The position numbers and the translations under genes were made by a program. From Octopus sinensis (lineage: Eukaryota), in the NCBI RefSeq assembly GCF_006345805.1, contig NC_043000.1, positions 48,236,001-48,300,000 on the forward strand: a stretch of 64,000 nt of DNA. Reading direction: 5' to 3'. The notes beneath the pieces were generated by a model. It did no database searches, was not told the origin of the DNA, and saw only the letters and a program-made list of their open reading frames with translations. Below, one piece after another: positions 40,557 to 53,527 of this stretch; position 1 is the stretch's first letter, and every line of letters begins with the position of its first letter.

Positions 40557-41683
40557 TGGATAATGTTCTTTTACTTTTCATAATGGTTGCTTTTCAAGTC
40601 CAAGTGGCAAAGAAAGATTGAATATTATATACATATATATATATATATACAAACAGTAGCAGTCAGTAGCCAATATTTTATTGGAGTCAATAGCTGTCCA
40701 CTGCAAACAATCCTGCAGTGTGATCTGAACCTGTCACTCAATGAAAACGAATGCTACTGATCATCCGAAGATAACAAGCTATATTTAGCTGTTATGAAAC
40801 CCTTGCCACTCAGAACCAAGCATCCAAATGATCAAGAGTGTTTTTTTCTCCAATACTGTGAATCTTTAAGTAAAGTGATATTAAGTCAATCTGTTAATAC
40901 AATTATATATAAACTATACAAAGGATGTTGAGTACTTTATTCTTTCACTTGTAGACATCATGTGTGTATGTATGTATGTGTGTGGCTTGTGTGTGTGTGT
41001 GTGCAGGGTTATACAAAAATTTTCTTTGAGTATAGTGTCTTTGAGAAATCATTACTTACAAATATGAAGGAGAAAAAAAAATCACATGAAAAGAAAACCC
41101 AAAGAAGAAAAAACATTTATTATCTAGATTTTAATAAAATAATCAATCACAGCTGACCTTAATATGGCATTGCTCCCAGAATTCAGAACTATTAAAAGAA
41201 CGCTGCTTTATATATTTACACACACTAACACACAAACACATACATATATATCTTATAAAAAAAATAAGACCCTGATTCATTTATCAAAAAATCTGTTAGT
41301 GACTTAGATATTAAGAGACAAAATATAGAATATATACATCATTTTTTCTTTAATGCTTTTAATTTGCTGCTTTCTCTTTTTTTCAACTCCAAAACTATGA
41401 ATTTCTATCTCACAGAAGCCATATGTCCTGCTTTATTGAATTGATTCTTCAGATTGACCATAAACCATAAATTTCTAAGAGTAGGATATTAGTCTACTGA
41501 ATGATCTGAAAGTGTTTTGAAAGACTTCAGAAGGCTGAAAAGCAAAAGTGGTTTGAGCAAGATTTGAACTCAGAATGTAGAATTAAATAACGTAATACTA
41601 GATGCTTAGTTTGTTTGTCTACTACATCTACTTTCCACTGACTTCTGCTATTACTTTTTTCCTTTTAATTTATCATTTAACAT

Positions 41684-42205
41684 GGTGCAAACATGGATCT
41701 GTGGTAAGATGTTTGCTTTCCAACCACATAATTCTGGGTTCAGTCCTGCTGTGTGGTAAGAAGTTTGTTTTCCAACCACATCGTTCTGGGTTCAGTCCCA
41801 CTGTGTGGCATCTTGAGCAAGTGTCTTGTACTATAGCCTCAGGCTGACCAAATCCTTGTGAGTGGATTTGGTAGATGGAAACTGAAATAAGCCCATCGTG
41901 TGTGTGTATGTATGTATGTATGTATGTGTGTTTGTATGTGTGTGTGTGTGTGTGTGTACATCTTTGTTTTGTGATTGTCAAATAGATGTAAATGATTGTC
42001 ACTTTCATAAAAGCTGTGTCATTCATTTACAATATTCCGTGAGAACATGCTTGGCCATGATGAAGTACTACATTTCTTGGAAACAAGAAAGGGTCGGGGA
42101 CAGGAAGAGCATCCAGGCATAGAAAATCTGCTTCAATAAACTTCGTCCAACCCCTGCGAGCATAGAAAAAATTGACATTAAATGAAGATGATGATGATGA
42201 TGATG
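41684..42205 (+). mobile_element. Chimeric SINE: duplicated family-A tRNA head joined to a family-C (Meta-like) 3' part
   Basis: Two consecutive heads (CTGTG(TG)GTAAGA...CCAACCACAT...GGGTTCAGTCC), microsatellite, then GGTCGGGGACAGGAAGAGCATCCAGG and a (GAT)n tail. Confidence 0.75.
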
Positions 42206-42897
42206 ATTTATGTTTTAGCTTGTTTGTTACTGTAATTGAGTCATCTCATTCCATTCTTCTCTATCAGTTAAATACAGAGAACAATTTAGAATGCTCCAAG
42301 ATGACTGACTGAAAGGTGAAATGAAGTAATAGTGAAAATAAAAAGATAGAAATAATAAATTTAAAAAAAAGAAAAAGAAAAACGACTTTTAAGGAATCCT
42401 GTTAGTTAGAGGTAAAGAATTCATTCTAAAATACACCGCTGTCAAATTCTGACATCAAACTCTCTCTCTGTTTCTCTTTTCTCTCTCAGTCTCACTTTAA
42501 TTGATAGGCCATTATTTAGTCAAGTTGGAACCATCTTACAATCATTTTATCATGATGTATTTAATTTTCTGAAACACTATCATGTGATTTGTCTCGTTTC
42601 CTTCCACTTTGCTGTCCAACTTATTCTGTTAGGATACTATTGCAGTTTGGTTTCAGTATGTACAGAAATGAGCCTTTTCATCCCAATAACAACATCAGGT
42701 ATCAATAATACCATTCTTAACAGATTTAACATAAATTCTCTTAACATGTGCACCTGACTCAGTAAGGTATAGGATTTCTAGTCAAGCAAATTAGGTACAT
42801 ATTGTTTATCAAAGAATTATTATTTGTTTATTGAATAATTTTATAGCAACTGAGTGGGAATCTATCCTATCATATATATATATATATATATATGAGA

Positions 42898-42928
<31 letters not shown>

Positions 42929-44380
42929 CAGAGAAGAATACAGTGTACATTCAAACACAAAAGAGATACCCAGAAAATAGGATATCTGACTCACTAGAGA
43001 GGGCAGTTAAAGTCCAAGCCACTAATTGTTGTAATTCCAAAAGTGATTGAAAAATAAAAACTTTTACCTTTTATATAAATATATATATATATATATACAT
43101 ACACGATGGGCTTCTTTACACTTTATGTCTATCAAATCCACTTGCAAGGCTTTGGTCGGTGCAAGGCTATAGTAGAAGACATTTGCCAAGGGTGCCATGC
43201 AGGGGAATTGAACCCAGAACCATGTAACTGGGAAACAAGCTTCTTACCACACAGCCACATATATTGATATATACATATATATATATATATGCATATCTAC
43301 TTTTGAGTTTGTGCACACACACACATACACACATAAATGGATATATGACATGCTTCTTTCAATATTTGTCAACTGGATTGCTTCTCCAGCAGAGGAGACT
43401 TGCTCAAGGTTTTATGCAATGGGTCTGAAACTAAAACCACATGACTTTGGAAGCAAACATCTTCACCATACAGCCATGTCTAGTAAATTCAGTTACAAGC
43501 TATTGACAAGTTATCATATTCACCAATAGCTGATTATTAATTAATATCATGATTTCATTAACGAGTTATAAAAAAATTTTTTTTTAAATTTACTATTTAT
43601 TATTCACAAAATTTATTTTAAAAATATGAATACTTTGCTAAACCTTTGAAAGAATTTCTAAGATGAGAAGTTACAAGGTAATCCTCTTAAATGTGGAACA
43701 ATAAACTCATTTGGTTTGTACTTCAACACAAATCTCCTAATTCTTTCAACACAGTTGCGATATTTTTGTCTCTTGTAAGTTGATGCTTGCTAATTACTGA
43801 TTGTTTAGACAGTGAATTGCGATTGGTGGATTTTCCCACAGAATGTAATCACTGTGGTTGTGTAACTTCACATATGTCCTTCATTTTTTTTCCCTGAAGA
43901 TGAAGGATTATGAGTTGAGAAAGATTAGGCTGCTATTTTTAACAGATTAAGTGTCTGTGTAAAGGCTTCTCTTATTTAGGAAAATTCTGAAGATAATAAG
44001 ATAGCAACTAAACTGAAATGAATGCATATAATCTGAAATAAAGGACAGTTCTTTAAAGATTAGCAAAACCAACTCTTTAATCAGTGCTCCAACCCATCTC
44101 CTAGCAAACATGCACATGCATGTCCATGCATGTGCACACTTGCACATATTCACACATAGAGTCAAACTGGTATGAGATCATCATGAATAATCAGAAATTA
44201 CCATAGTAATAGGTGCAGGCATGGATGTGTGGTAAAAAACTTGCTTCCCAACCACATGGTTCCAAGTTCAGTCCCACTGTGTGATACTTCAGGCAAGTGT
44301 CTTTTACTATAGTCTTAGGCTAGCCAAAGCCTCATGAGTGGATTTTCTAGATGGAAACTGCAAGAAGCCCATCATGTGTG

Positions 44381-44412
<32 letters not shown>

Positions 44413-44489
44413 TATATATATATATATCTATGTATGTATGTGTATTTATACATCTATGTATACATATATATATTTATATATATGTATTA

Positions 44490-44700
44490 TTTATTTAAAG
44501 GGCACAATACATGCCTTTCAGCACAACTAACAGTTTCGTATGCTGAGCAATACTCAAGCATATTCTTCAGGCGCAAACCACATTTCATAACAAGCTAAAA
44601 TAAATGAATAATAGAAGACATGCACTTAAATGCATGTATTGTGTCCTTTAAATAAACGATATTTATCGCTCACCAGATCGAGTACTTTTTGTTGAATTAT
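44490..44700. mobile_element. Short fold-back PLE-like element in (TA)n
   Basis: Inverted repeat TTTATTTAAAGGGCACAATACATGC (44490-44514) / GCATGTATTGTGTCCTTTAAATAAA (44632-44656) plus a right-hand tail. Confidence 0.7.
44521..44574 (-). ncRNA. Minimal type I hammerhead ribozyme, core intact
   Basis: GCGC-CTGAAGA-aTATGCtTGAG tattg CTCAGCATAc-GAAAC-TGTTA-GTT-GTGC (stem I GCGC/GUGC, long stem II, GUU triplet). Confidence 0.7.
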
Positions 44701-44791
44701 ATATACATTTGTACACACACGCACACACACATATATACATACACACACGTACATGCACACATGTACATACATACATGCACACATATACACA

Positions 44792-45145
44792 CTCTTTTAC
44801 TCATTTACTTGTTTCAGTCATGTAAATTGTGGCCATGCTGGAGCACCACCTTTAGTTGAGCAAATCGATCCCAGGACTTATTCTTCGTAAACCTAGTACT
44901 TATTCTATTGGTCTCTTTGGCCAAACTGCTAAGTTACAGGGACGTAAACACACCAACATCAGTTGTCAAGCGATGTTGGAGGGACAAACACAGACACACA
45001 AACATACACACACACACATATATATATATATACATATACACGACAGGCTTCTTTCAGTTTCCATCTACCAAATCCACTCACATGGCTTTGGTCGGCCTGA
45101 GGCTATAGTAGAGGGCACTTGCCCAAGGTGCCATGCAGTGGGACT
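44792..45145 (-). mobile_element. SINE family A (head truncated)
   Basis: Homology to 6096-6522. Confidence 0.85.
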
Positions 45146-45545
45146 ATATATATATATAATCCAAACTGAGAGATCCCTGGATTGTATTTGTGTGTGTGTG
45201 TTTTTTTGTGTCTATATTTCCCCCCCAGACACCATCACCACCACCACCACCACCACCACTACTTAACAACCGGTGTAGGTTTGTTTAGAATAAGTACTTG
45301 GCTTTAAAAACAAAATAAATATTAAGGCTGATTTGTTTGATTAAAATTCCTTCAAGGTGGTGCCCAATCATGGCTGCAGTTTAACAAGTGAAACAAGTAA
45401 AAGAATGACGAAAGAAAGCTAACCTTACAAGGAAAAGAAACACAGAAGGAAGCATATGACGATGATGATGATCATCATCATTACCATGGTGATTGGAATG
45501 ATGAATCATGATGATGGTATTGGTGGAGGTGATAATGATTTAAAC

Positions 45546-45824
45546 CAGTGGTTCCCAAAGTGGGCAGTACTGCCACCCCCTCCCACTGTGGGTGGTGCAA
45601 AGATCAAGAGAGGGCATTGAAGAAAACTGGGTCAATAATAGGGTGGCCAAAAGGTGGTGCTCGATGTAACCCCACCACACACACCGCAAAAAAAATAATG
45701 GGTTAATTAGGTTAAGTTTTATTTGTGAAATACTGTTTTTAATTTGCTGTGGAAAGAGGTTAACGTTTGTGGTGCGGAGTGGAGAAGGGGCAATAGGAAT
45801 TTGGCCAAAATTTGGGAACCACTG
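45546..45824. mobile_element. hAT (Charlie-like) MITE
   Basis: Perfect 14-bp TIR CAGTGGTTCCCAAA / TTTGGGAACCACTG; 8-bp TSD ATTTAAAC / ATTTAAGC. Confidence 0.88.
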
Positions 45825-45839
45825 ATTTAAGCAAAAGGC

Positions 45840-46617
45840 CATCAATTTTAGCGGGAATGGGTGGGTTTAGGGCTAGTTGATTAACCTGACTCCAGTACCT
45901 GACTAGTACTTTAATTTGTCAATCCAAGAGGTATGAAGGACAAATTTGGCTTTGATAGTATTTGAACTCAGTACATAGAAAGCCAGAACAAATACAGCAA
46001 AGCATTTTTCCTGATACTCTAATGATTCAGCTAGTCTGCTACCATACTACTAATACTACTACTCCTACCACTGCTATTGCTGCTGCTGTTACTACTACTA
46101 AAGAAAACTTTAATAAAAAGAATTAAATTAATAGTTGTGAAGAAAAGCTCTTTTCTATATATACAAATATTAGTTTCAAATTTTGACACAAGGCCAGCAA
46201 TTTTGGTGAAGTGGGTAAGTCGATTACAGCAACCTCAGCACCTAACTGGTAATTATTTCACTAACCCTGAAAGGATGAAAGCAAAGTCAACCTCAGCAGA
46301 ATTTGAACTCAGAATATAAGGATGAATAAAAAGGCACTTTGCATTTTTTTGCTCAGCGTGTTCATGCTTCTATCTGCTTTCCACCTTAATAGGGATAATA
46401 TTCTTTTCTACTCTAGACACGAGGCATGAAATTTTGGGGTGGGAGGCCAGTCAATTACATCAACCCCAATATGCAACTGGTACTTTATTTATCGACCCTG
46501 AAAGGATGAAAGGCAAAGTGAACCCTGGAAGAATTTGAACTCAGAATGTAAAGACAGACAAAAAACTGCTAAGCATTTCACCCAGTGTGCTAATGTTTCT
46601 GCCAGCTCGCTGCCTTC
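45840..46617 (-). mobile_element. Three tandem SINE family B copies
   Basis: Repeated ACTGGTAC..ATCGACCCTGAAAGGATGAAAG..GAATTTGAACTCAG units. Confidence 0.8.
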
Positions 46618-46646
46618 TTAATATTGATAATATTAAAAAAAGAATG

Positions 46647-46686
<40 letters not shown>

Positions 46687-46694
46687 ATGTGTAT

Positions 46695-46862
46695 AGGCAC
46701 AGGAGTGGCTGGGAGGTAAGTAGCTTGTTTATGAACCACATGGTTCCAAGTTCAGTCCCACTGCATGGCACCTTGGGTAAGTGTCTTCTACTGTTGCCTT
46801 GGGCTAACCAAAGACTTGTGAGTGGATTTGGTAGACGGAAACTGAAAGAAGCCTGTCGTATA

Positions 46863-46906
<44 letters not shown>

Positions 46907-47127
46907 TGTGTGTGTATATGTTTGTGTCTCTGTGTTTGTCTCCCCCCCCAACATCGCTTGACATCCAATGCTGGTGTGTTTACGTCCCAGTAACATAGTG
47001 GTTTGGCCAAAGAGACCGATAGAATAAGTACTAGACTTACAGAGAATAAGTCCTGGAGTCGATATGCTCAACTAAAGGCAGTGCTCCAGCATGACCACAG
47101 TCAAATGACTGAGACAAGTAAAAGAAT
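46695..47127 (+). mobile_element. SINE family A, full length
   Basis: Homology to 6096-6522. Confidence 0.9.
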
Positions 47128-48033
47128 ATATATATATGTAAACATTTGCAAGTAAACTCATATCTTGGAGTATTTCATTTCAGTAAATACTATTTCTATT
47201 TGTAATGTATTTTTTTTTCTGTGTTAAACTAGCATGTTGCAAAAATTCTAGAATTAAAAAATAAAATCCAGGCAAGCATTGATGTAGAATTTTGCCTTAG
47301 TTTTTCTGTTCTCCTCCATCATTTTTCATAGAGATTTGGCAATTTCAACCTTGAAATCTGTTATGATTTTTATTTACTTCTCTTTCTTACACTACAAACT
47401 ACAGGACATAAAACATAACCTGCAAACACACACACACACATACATCTACATATATGTACATATACATAATACATACACACATATATATGTATACGGTGTC
47501 TGTGTGTTTGTATTTGTCTTATATTTCTCACTGGAAAATTTCCACCGTAAATCTGCTCTGAAATATCTTAAATATTTTCTGTTGATCAGTCAAGTGGGAT
47601 GTGCTTTGCCGTCTGCTGAGGTATATTTTGTATATTGATTTTAGTGCGCAAGTCTATATCACACCTCAGCTTAGTCAGATGTGAGAGCATGGCAAATACA
47701 CAGAGAGAGGGAAAATAAATCGATAAAAACAGCATAAATTATCAATATTCCAAGGAATTGGTTATTTCAAATTATATGCCTAATGACATTCCTTCTATTT
47801 TTAATTAATAAACTCGATTTCATGATTTTTATTTATTTGTTAGTTTCTCTGTTATCTTTTCTTCTTTGTGTATGTATGTATGTGTATTGTGTGTGTTTGT
47901 ATATGTGTGTATGTTTGTGTGAGTATATGTGTGCGTAAATGTGTGTGATGTTGTTTCTGAGTTTTAATCTCCACTATTCTTTTAAATGCTAGGTCTTTTG
48001 GTTATTTGACCCCTATTGGGATCATTACCAACG

Positions 48034-48448
48034 TAGCTGTGTGGTAAGAAGCTTGCTTCCCAACCAGATGGTTCTGGATTCAGTCCCACTGTGTGGCACC
48101 TTAGGCAAGTGTCTACTACTAAAGCCTCATGCTGACCAAAGAATTGTGAGAGTGGATTCAGTAGATGGAAACTGAAAGAAGCCCTTTGTATGTGTATGCG
48201 TATGTGTGTTCATATGTATGTGTCTTCGTGTCTGTGCTTGTCACTCCACCATCACTTGAAAACGATGCTGGTGTGTTTATGTCCCTGTAACTTAGTGGTT
48301 CAGCAAAAGAGGCCTGTAGAATAAGTACTAGGCTTACAAAGATTAAGACCAAGAGTCGATTTCTTTGACTAAAACCCTTTAAGGTGGTGCTCCAGCATGA
48401 CCATAGTGAAATGACAGAAACAAGTAAAAGAATAAGAGAATAAAAGAA
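48034..48448 (+). mobile_element. SINE family A
   Basis: Homology to 6096-6522. Confidence 0.88.
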
Positions 48449-48802
48449 CTGGATAATGTTTGTACATGCGGTCACTTAGTCTCTTAAAAATAGCACCCAG
48501 ATATCCCTCAAATAATACACAACCATATTTTTTTGAATAATTGAGAGAAGGATGGATTGATTATGGTTGGAATTCCTTTCTAGATTGGTTCAATTAGGTT
48601 TGATATATATATATATATCCACACACACACACACACACACTCAATAACAAGAACAGCAGCAGCAACCTTATACACATTTCTGTATACATACATAAACAGA
48701 CATGTAACTGGATTTTTTGTCAATGATGATGTGTCCTTGCTGAAAATATTAAATTCCCTTTGTCCCACTGTTAATTAGGCTATATATGTATTTGTATGTG
48801 TA

Positions 48803-48835
<33 letters not shown>

Positions 48836-48847
48836 GTGGTGTGTGTG

Positions 48848-48898
<51 letters not shown>

Positions 48899-49031
48899 TA
48901 TATATATATATATATAAATATTTATATATAATATTTATATATATATATGTATATATATATAAATATTTATATATAAATATTTTATATAATATATATATAT
49001 ATATATATTATATATAAATATTTTATATAAA

Positions 49032-49069
<38 letters not shown>

Positions 49070-49087
49070 TTTATATATAATATTTAT

Positions 49088-49140
<53 letters not shown>

Positions 49141-49200
49141 AATATTTATATATAATATTTATATATATATATGTATATATATATATAAATATTTTATATA

Positions 49201-49238
<38 letters not shown>

Positions 49239-49392
49239 GTATATATATATATAATATTTATATATAAATATTATATATATATGTATATATATATATAAAT
49301 ATTTATATATAAATATTTATATATATATATATATATATACATATATATGTATATATATATATATGTATATATATATAAATATTTATGTATAA
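48848..49392. repeat. About 540-bp (TA)n minisatellite with interspersed AAATATTT units
   Basis: Almost exclusively A/T, self-complementary units. Confidence 0.92.
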
Positions 49393-49599
49393 ATACACAC
49401 ATGTATATACTCATCTATCTCCCACTTTTAGTGAATGTTGTATTAGAACAGAGAATACTGCATTATTTACCATGAGAAGAATGCTCATATGGACTTGTGG
49501 TGCAGTTAATACACAAACACAGACACACTCTCATACACATATTCATATAAGAAAAATTTTATCACTAATTGTAACTGAGGATGCCAAAGCACCTATATT

Positions 49600-49995
49600 C
49601 TTTTCTACTCCAGGCACAAGGCCCGAAATTTTGGGGGAGAAGGTCAATCGATTAGATCGAGCTCAGTACACAACTGGTACTTAATTTATCGACCCTGAAA
49701 GGATGAAAGGCAAAGTCGACCTTGGCAGAAGTTGAACTCAGAATGTAAAGACAGAAAAAAACCTATTTCTTTATTACCCAGAAGGGGCTAAACACAGAGG
49801 ACAAACAAGGACAGACATAGGTATTAATTCGATAACCTCAAACCAATGCGTAACTGGTACTAATTTATCGACCCCGAAAGGATGAAAGGCAAAGTCGACC
49901 ATGGCAGAAGTTGAACTCAGAATGTAAAGACAGACAAAATACTGCTAAGCATTTCGCCTGGCATGCTAACATTTCTGCCAGCTTGTTGCCTTCTG
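49600..49995 (-). mobile_element. Dimeric SINE family B with a 13-bp TSD
   Basis: TSD AAGCACCTATATT at 49587-49599 and 49996-50008; ~80-bp core duplicated at ~49672 and ~49852. Confidence 0.85.
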
Positions 49996-50139
49996 AAGCA
50001 CCTATATTGCAAGAAATAAGAGTTAAAACCTCTTAATGTTGTAAGAAGCGCACAATATATATGAAGTGACAGGGGAGATAACTACCCCAATGCATTATAT
50101 TTCACTGAGATGTTTATATTAGTCTTATATATATACGCG

Positions 50140-50400
50140 GTCGGAGTATCATGGTTTCGATTCCCAGACCGGGCGTTGTGTGTGTTTATTGAGAGAAAAC
50201 ACCTTAAAGCTGCATGAGGCTCTAGCAGTGGGTGGTGGCAACCCCTGCTGTACTCTTTCGCCACAACTTTCTCTCACTCTCTCTTCCTGTTTCTTGAGTA
50301 ATGTAACGCTGCGATAGACTGGCATCCTGTCCAGCTGGGGGGAACACATATGCCACAGAAACCGGGTCCATGAGCCTGGCTAGGCTTGAAAAGAATGCAT
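50140..50400 (+). mobile_element. tRNA-derived SINE fragment (family D-like)
   Basis: B-box-like GGTTTCGATTCCC and 3' GCTGCGATAGACTGGCATCCTGTCCAG motif. Confidence 0.6.
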
Positions 50401-51191
50401 AAGAAAATTAATATATATATATATATATATGGCGGTGCCCCAGCATGGCCACAGCTCGTGAGCTGAAACTAGATAAAATAAAATAAAATAAAATATATAT
50501 ATATAGAGAGAGAGAGAGAGCAGTATCATCTAATACATGCAACTTTCTTTGCTTTACCAAAATCTGTCTCCTTGATGTGCAACATAAAAAAGAAAATTTT
50601 TTAAAAATATTCTATACTCAACAAATTTTACTAATTCAAAATAATATTTAAGAAAAAAAAGCAACAAATACAAAACAATTTACATTGAATTCAGACTGTG
50701 TGTAATTTTAATCCACACCCATATTCACAATTTATTCCATCATATAACATGTTGTTCTGCTTGTTTGCATATTTATTGGACTTAAACAATAATGATATGA
50801 TCAAATTCGATTTATAATCATATTTGAATATTATATTTTGTTTTGTTGGTACTTGTTTAAATTATTCAAATAGCATAGGCCAAAACAGAACTGTAGGAAG
50901 CAGTATAAATTATGATTAACTTTTAAAACATTACTGGTTAATATATTCATGTAATTGATTATAGTTCCTTATTCATATAGTGAAAGATAGGTTAAATTGT
51001 TCTTTAAGCTCTGTTTGTGTCTGCAGCAATTCTTTTTCAAACACACATTACTTCATACATAACAACTTAAATGTGATGTCACTGGAATTATATAACATTA
51101 TAGTTGAACTACAAAACTACTGTTATGAATAACCTGCTTTTCATACACACTCTCTCTCTCACTCTCTTTATATATATATATATATTTATGT

Positions 51192-51226
<35 letters not shown>

Positions 51227-51482
51227 ATACACACACACATTTCAATCCAAAACACTGATGTTCCATGTAACAGACTTGATAATTGTTGAGGGACTTAACA
51301 TGAAACCTATGGTAGCCTTAACTATATATATATATTATATATATATATATCATCATAATCATCATAAGCATCATCAACATCATCATTTAACGTCCATACT
51401 GGCATGGGTTGGACAGTCTGACCAGGGCTGGTAAGCTGATGGGCTGCATCAGACTCCAGTCTGATTTGCATGGTTTCTACCG

Positions 51483-51551
<69 letters not shown>

Positions 51552-51982
51552 AGAGATAGAGAGAGATCAGTGGTCTGTCCAAAAGTTTGGATTTTCTACT
51601 CCCCACTTTACTGCTTTATATTTATTTTGCTATATATATATATATATGAATAAATATATCTATATGTGTATGTGTGTGTGTATATATATATATGTGTGTG
51701 TGTGTTTGTGCACATGTATGTGTGAGTTGTTACCTTTAAAATATTCAAAGCATTGTGTAATTACCTTTTTCACCAATATATTTCATTTAACTCAAGTCTT
51801 GTGAAACCTGTGCTATGCAAATAAAAATATTCTAAGATGCATTATTTGCATCTTTCCTAACACAGCATGGGTTTAATGAGCCCTTAGCTTTAAAAATATA
51901 ATATTCTATGCATTATCATTTAAAATATATCTGATTGGTGAAACCTATAGTCACCTGAATGCTTCGAATTTCTAATTCTTTT

Positions 51983-52500
51983 GCTTGTTGCATTCATTCG
52001 ACTGCAGCCATGTTAAGGTGTCATCTTGAAGGGTTTACTCAAATAAATCACGCACACACCCTCCAAACAGTGCTTAGTTTTTAAGCTTGGTACTTATTTT
52101 ATTGGCCTATTTTGCTAAACCTCTGAGTTACAGGGATGTAAACAAACCAATACTGGTTGTCAAAGGGTGACTGGGGACAAACACATACACCTACAAATAT
52201 ATATATAAATGGATTATACTGTTAACATGGAAAATTCAATAAACAGTGACCAGGGTAGCAAAATTCACGCAAGTAACACGGATGAAGCAACCTATTCAAA
52301 GGTAGAAACTCCGGGTTAATGTGCAGTAATTTGTGTAGTATAAGTAAATAAATGGAGTTGAACGAAGATGTTATTAAAATTCTTTTACTTTCGGCATTTT
52401 ACCCCGTTTATTCCTTTGGAATAAAACCAATGTTGTCTTCGAAACATATGTCGAAAGTAAAAGTATTTTAATAACATCTTCGTCCAACTCCATTTATTTA

Positions 52501-52549
<49 letters not shown>

Positions 52550-52700
52550 GTAAGTAAATTAAGAAATGGAGTCAAATGCATGTGCTATTCAAATCAATTA
52601 TTTTTCCTTGTTCTTTGTACACATTGAAAAAATACACATACATTTATATATACATGTGTGTGTGTATTTATATATGTGTGTGTATGTGTGTGTGTATTTA

Positions 52701-52752
<52 letters not shown>

Positions 52753-52872
52753 TATATATATGTACGATGGGCTTCTTGCAGTTTCCATCAACCGCATTAA
52801 CTCACAAGGCTTTGGTTAGTTTGCTATTGGAGGAGACACTTGCTGAAAGTGCCACGCTGAATCTGGAACCAT
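51983..52872 (-). mobile_element. SINE family A split by fold-back element insertion
   Basis: 3' half 51983-52190, head half 52765-52872, insertion(s) in the internal (TA)n. Confidence 0.65.
52205..52506. mobile_element. Fold-back PLE-like element with two degenerate hammerhead motifs
   Basis: Inverted repeat 52339-52397 / 52448-52506; GAAAC-ATAT-GTC-GAAAG at 52441; CGGATGA..ACCT attcaa AGGT a GAAAC-TCCGG-GTT at 52279-52317. Confidence 0.65.
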
Positions 52873-52956
52873 ACAGAGATATTCTTATATGTATGTATGT
52901 AGGTAATATTTTCCTCAAGACTAGACATGTTTCCATGAAAGACTTGAAATGAAGAA

Positions 52957-52996
<40 letters not shown>

Positions 52997-53065
52997 CATT
53001 GACACTCATTCACAATTATCATGTGACATCAGGTCAATGCAACAGTAGAGACACATGCACATGTG

Positions 53066-53106
<41 letters not shown>

Positions 53107-53170
53107 CCAAAGCCAGCAGTCCCACCCATGCCAGCACGGAAGGCAGATGTTAAACAACGATGATAATGAG

Positions 53171-53206
<36 letters not shown>

Positions 53207-53210
<4 letters not shown>

Positions 53211-53527
53211 TAAATTAGAGATAAAACCACTATTAGGTAAATCATACAATGAAAAACTTAAGCCAATACATAAGATTAATTAATTTATATTATTTAAATA
53301 TATCAAAATTATTAAAAAAGATAATTAATTAATTATCTTTTTAATAATTTTGATATGTTTAAATAATATAATTAATTAATCTTATGTATTGGCTTAAGTT
53401 TTTCATTGTATGATTTACCTAATAGTGGTTTTATCTCTAATTTAATATTATATAATATTTTATTATAAATTTGATTCAATCCTAAATCTGACTTTTCCCT
53501 GTAAGTTTGATTTATTCCTTAATATTT

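Noticed and set aside
42633-42698. Possible exon TTAG|GATACT...ATCAG|GTATC
   Set aside because: Moderate splice signals, two open frames, no recognisable peptide
51930-51955. CTGATTG..GAAAC-CTATA-GTC hammerhead-like string
   Set aside because: No room for stem II and no stem I
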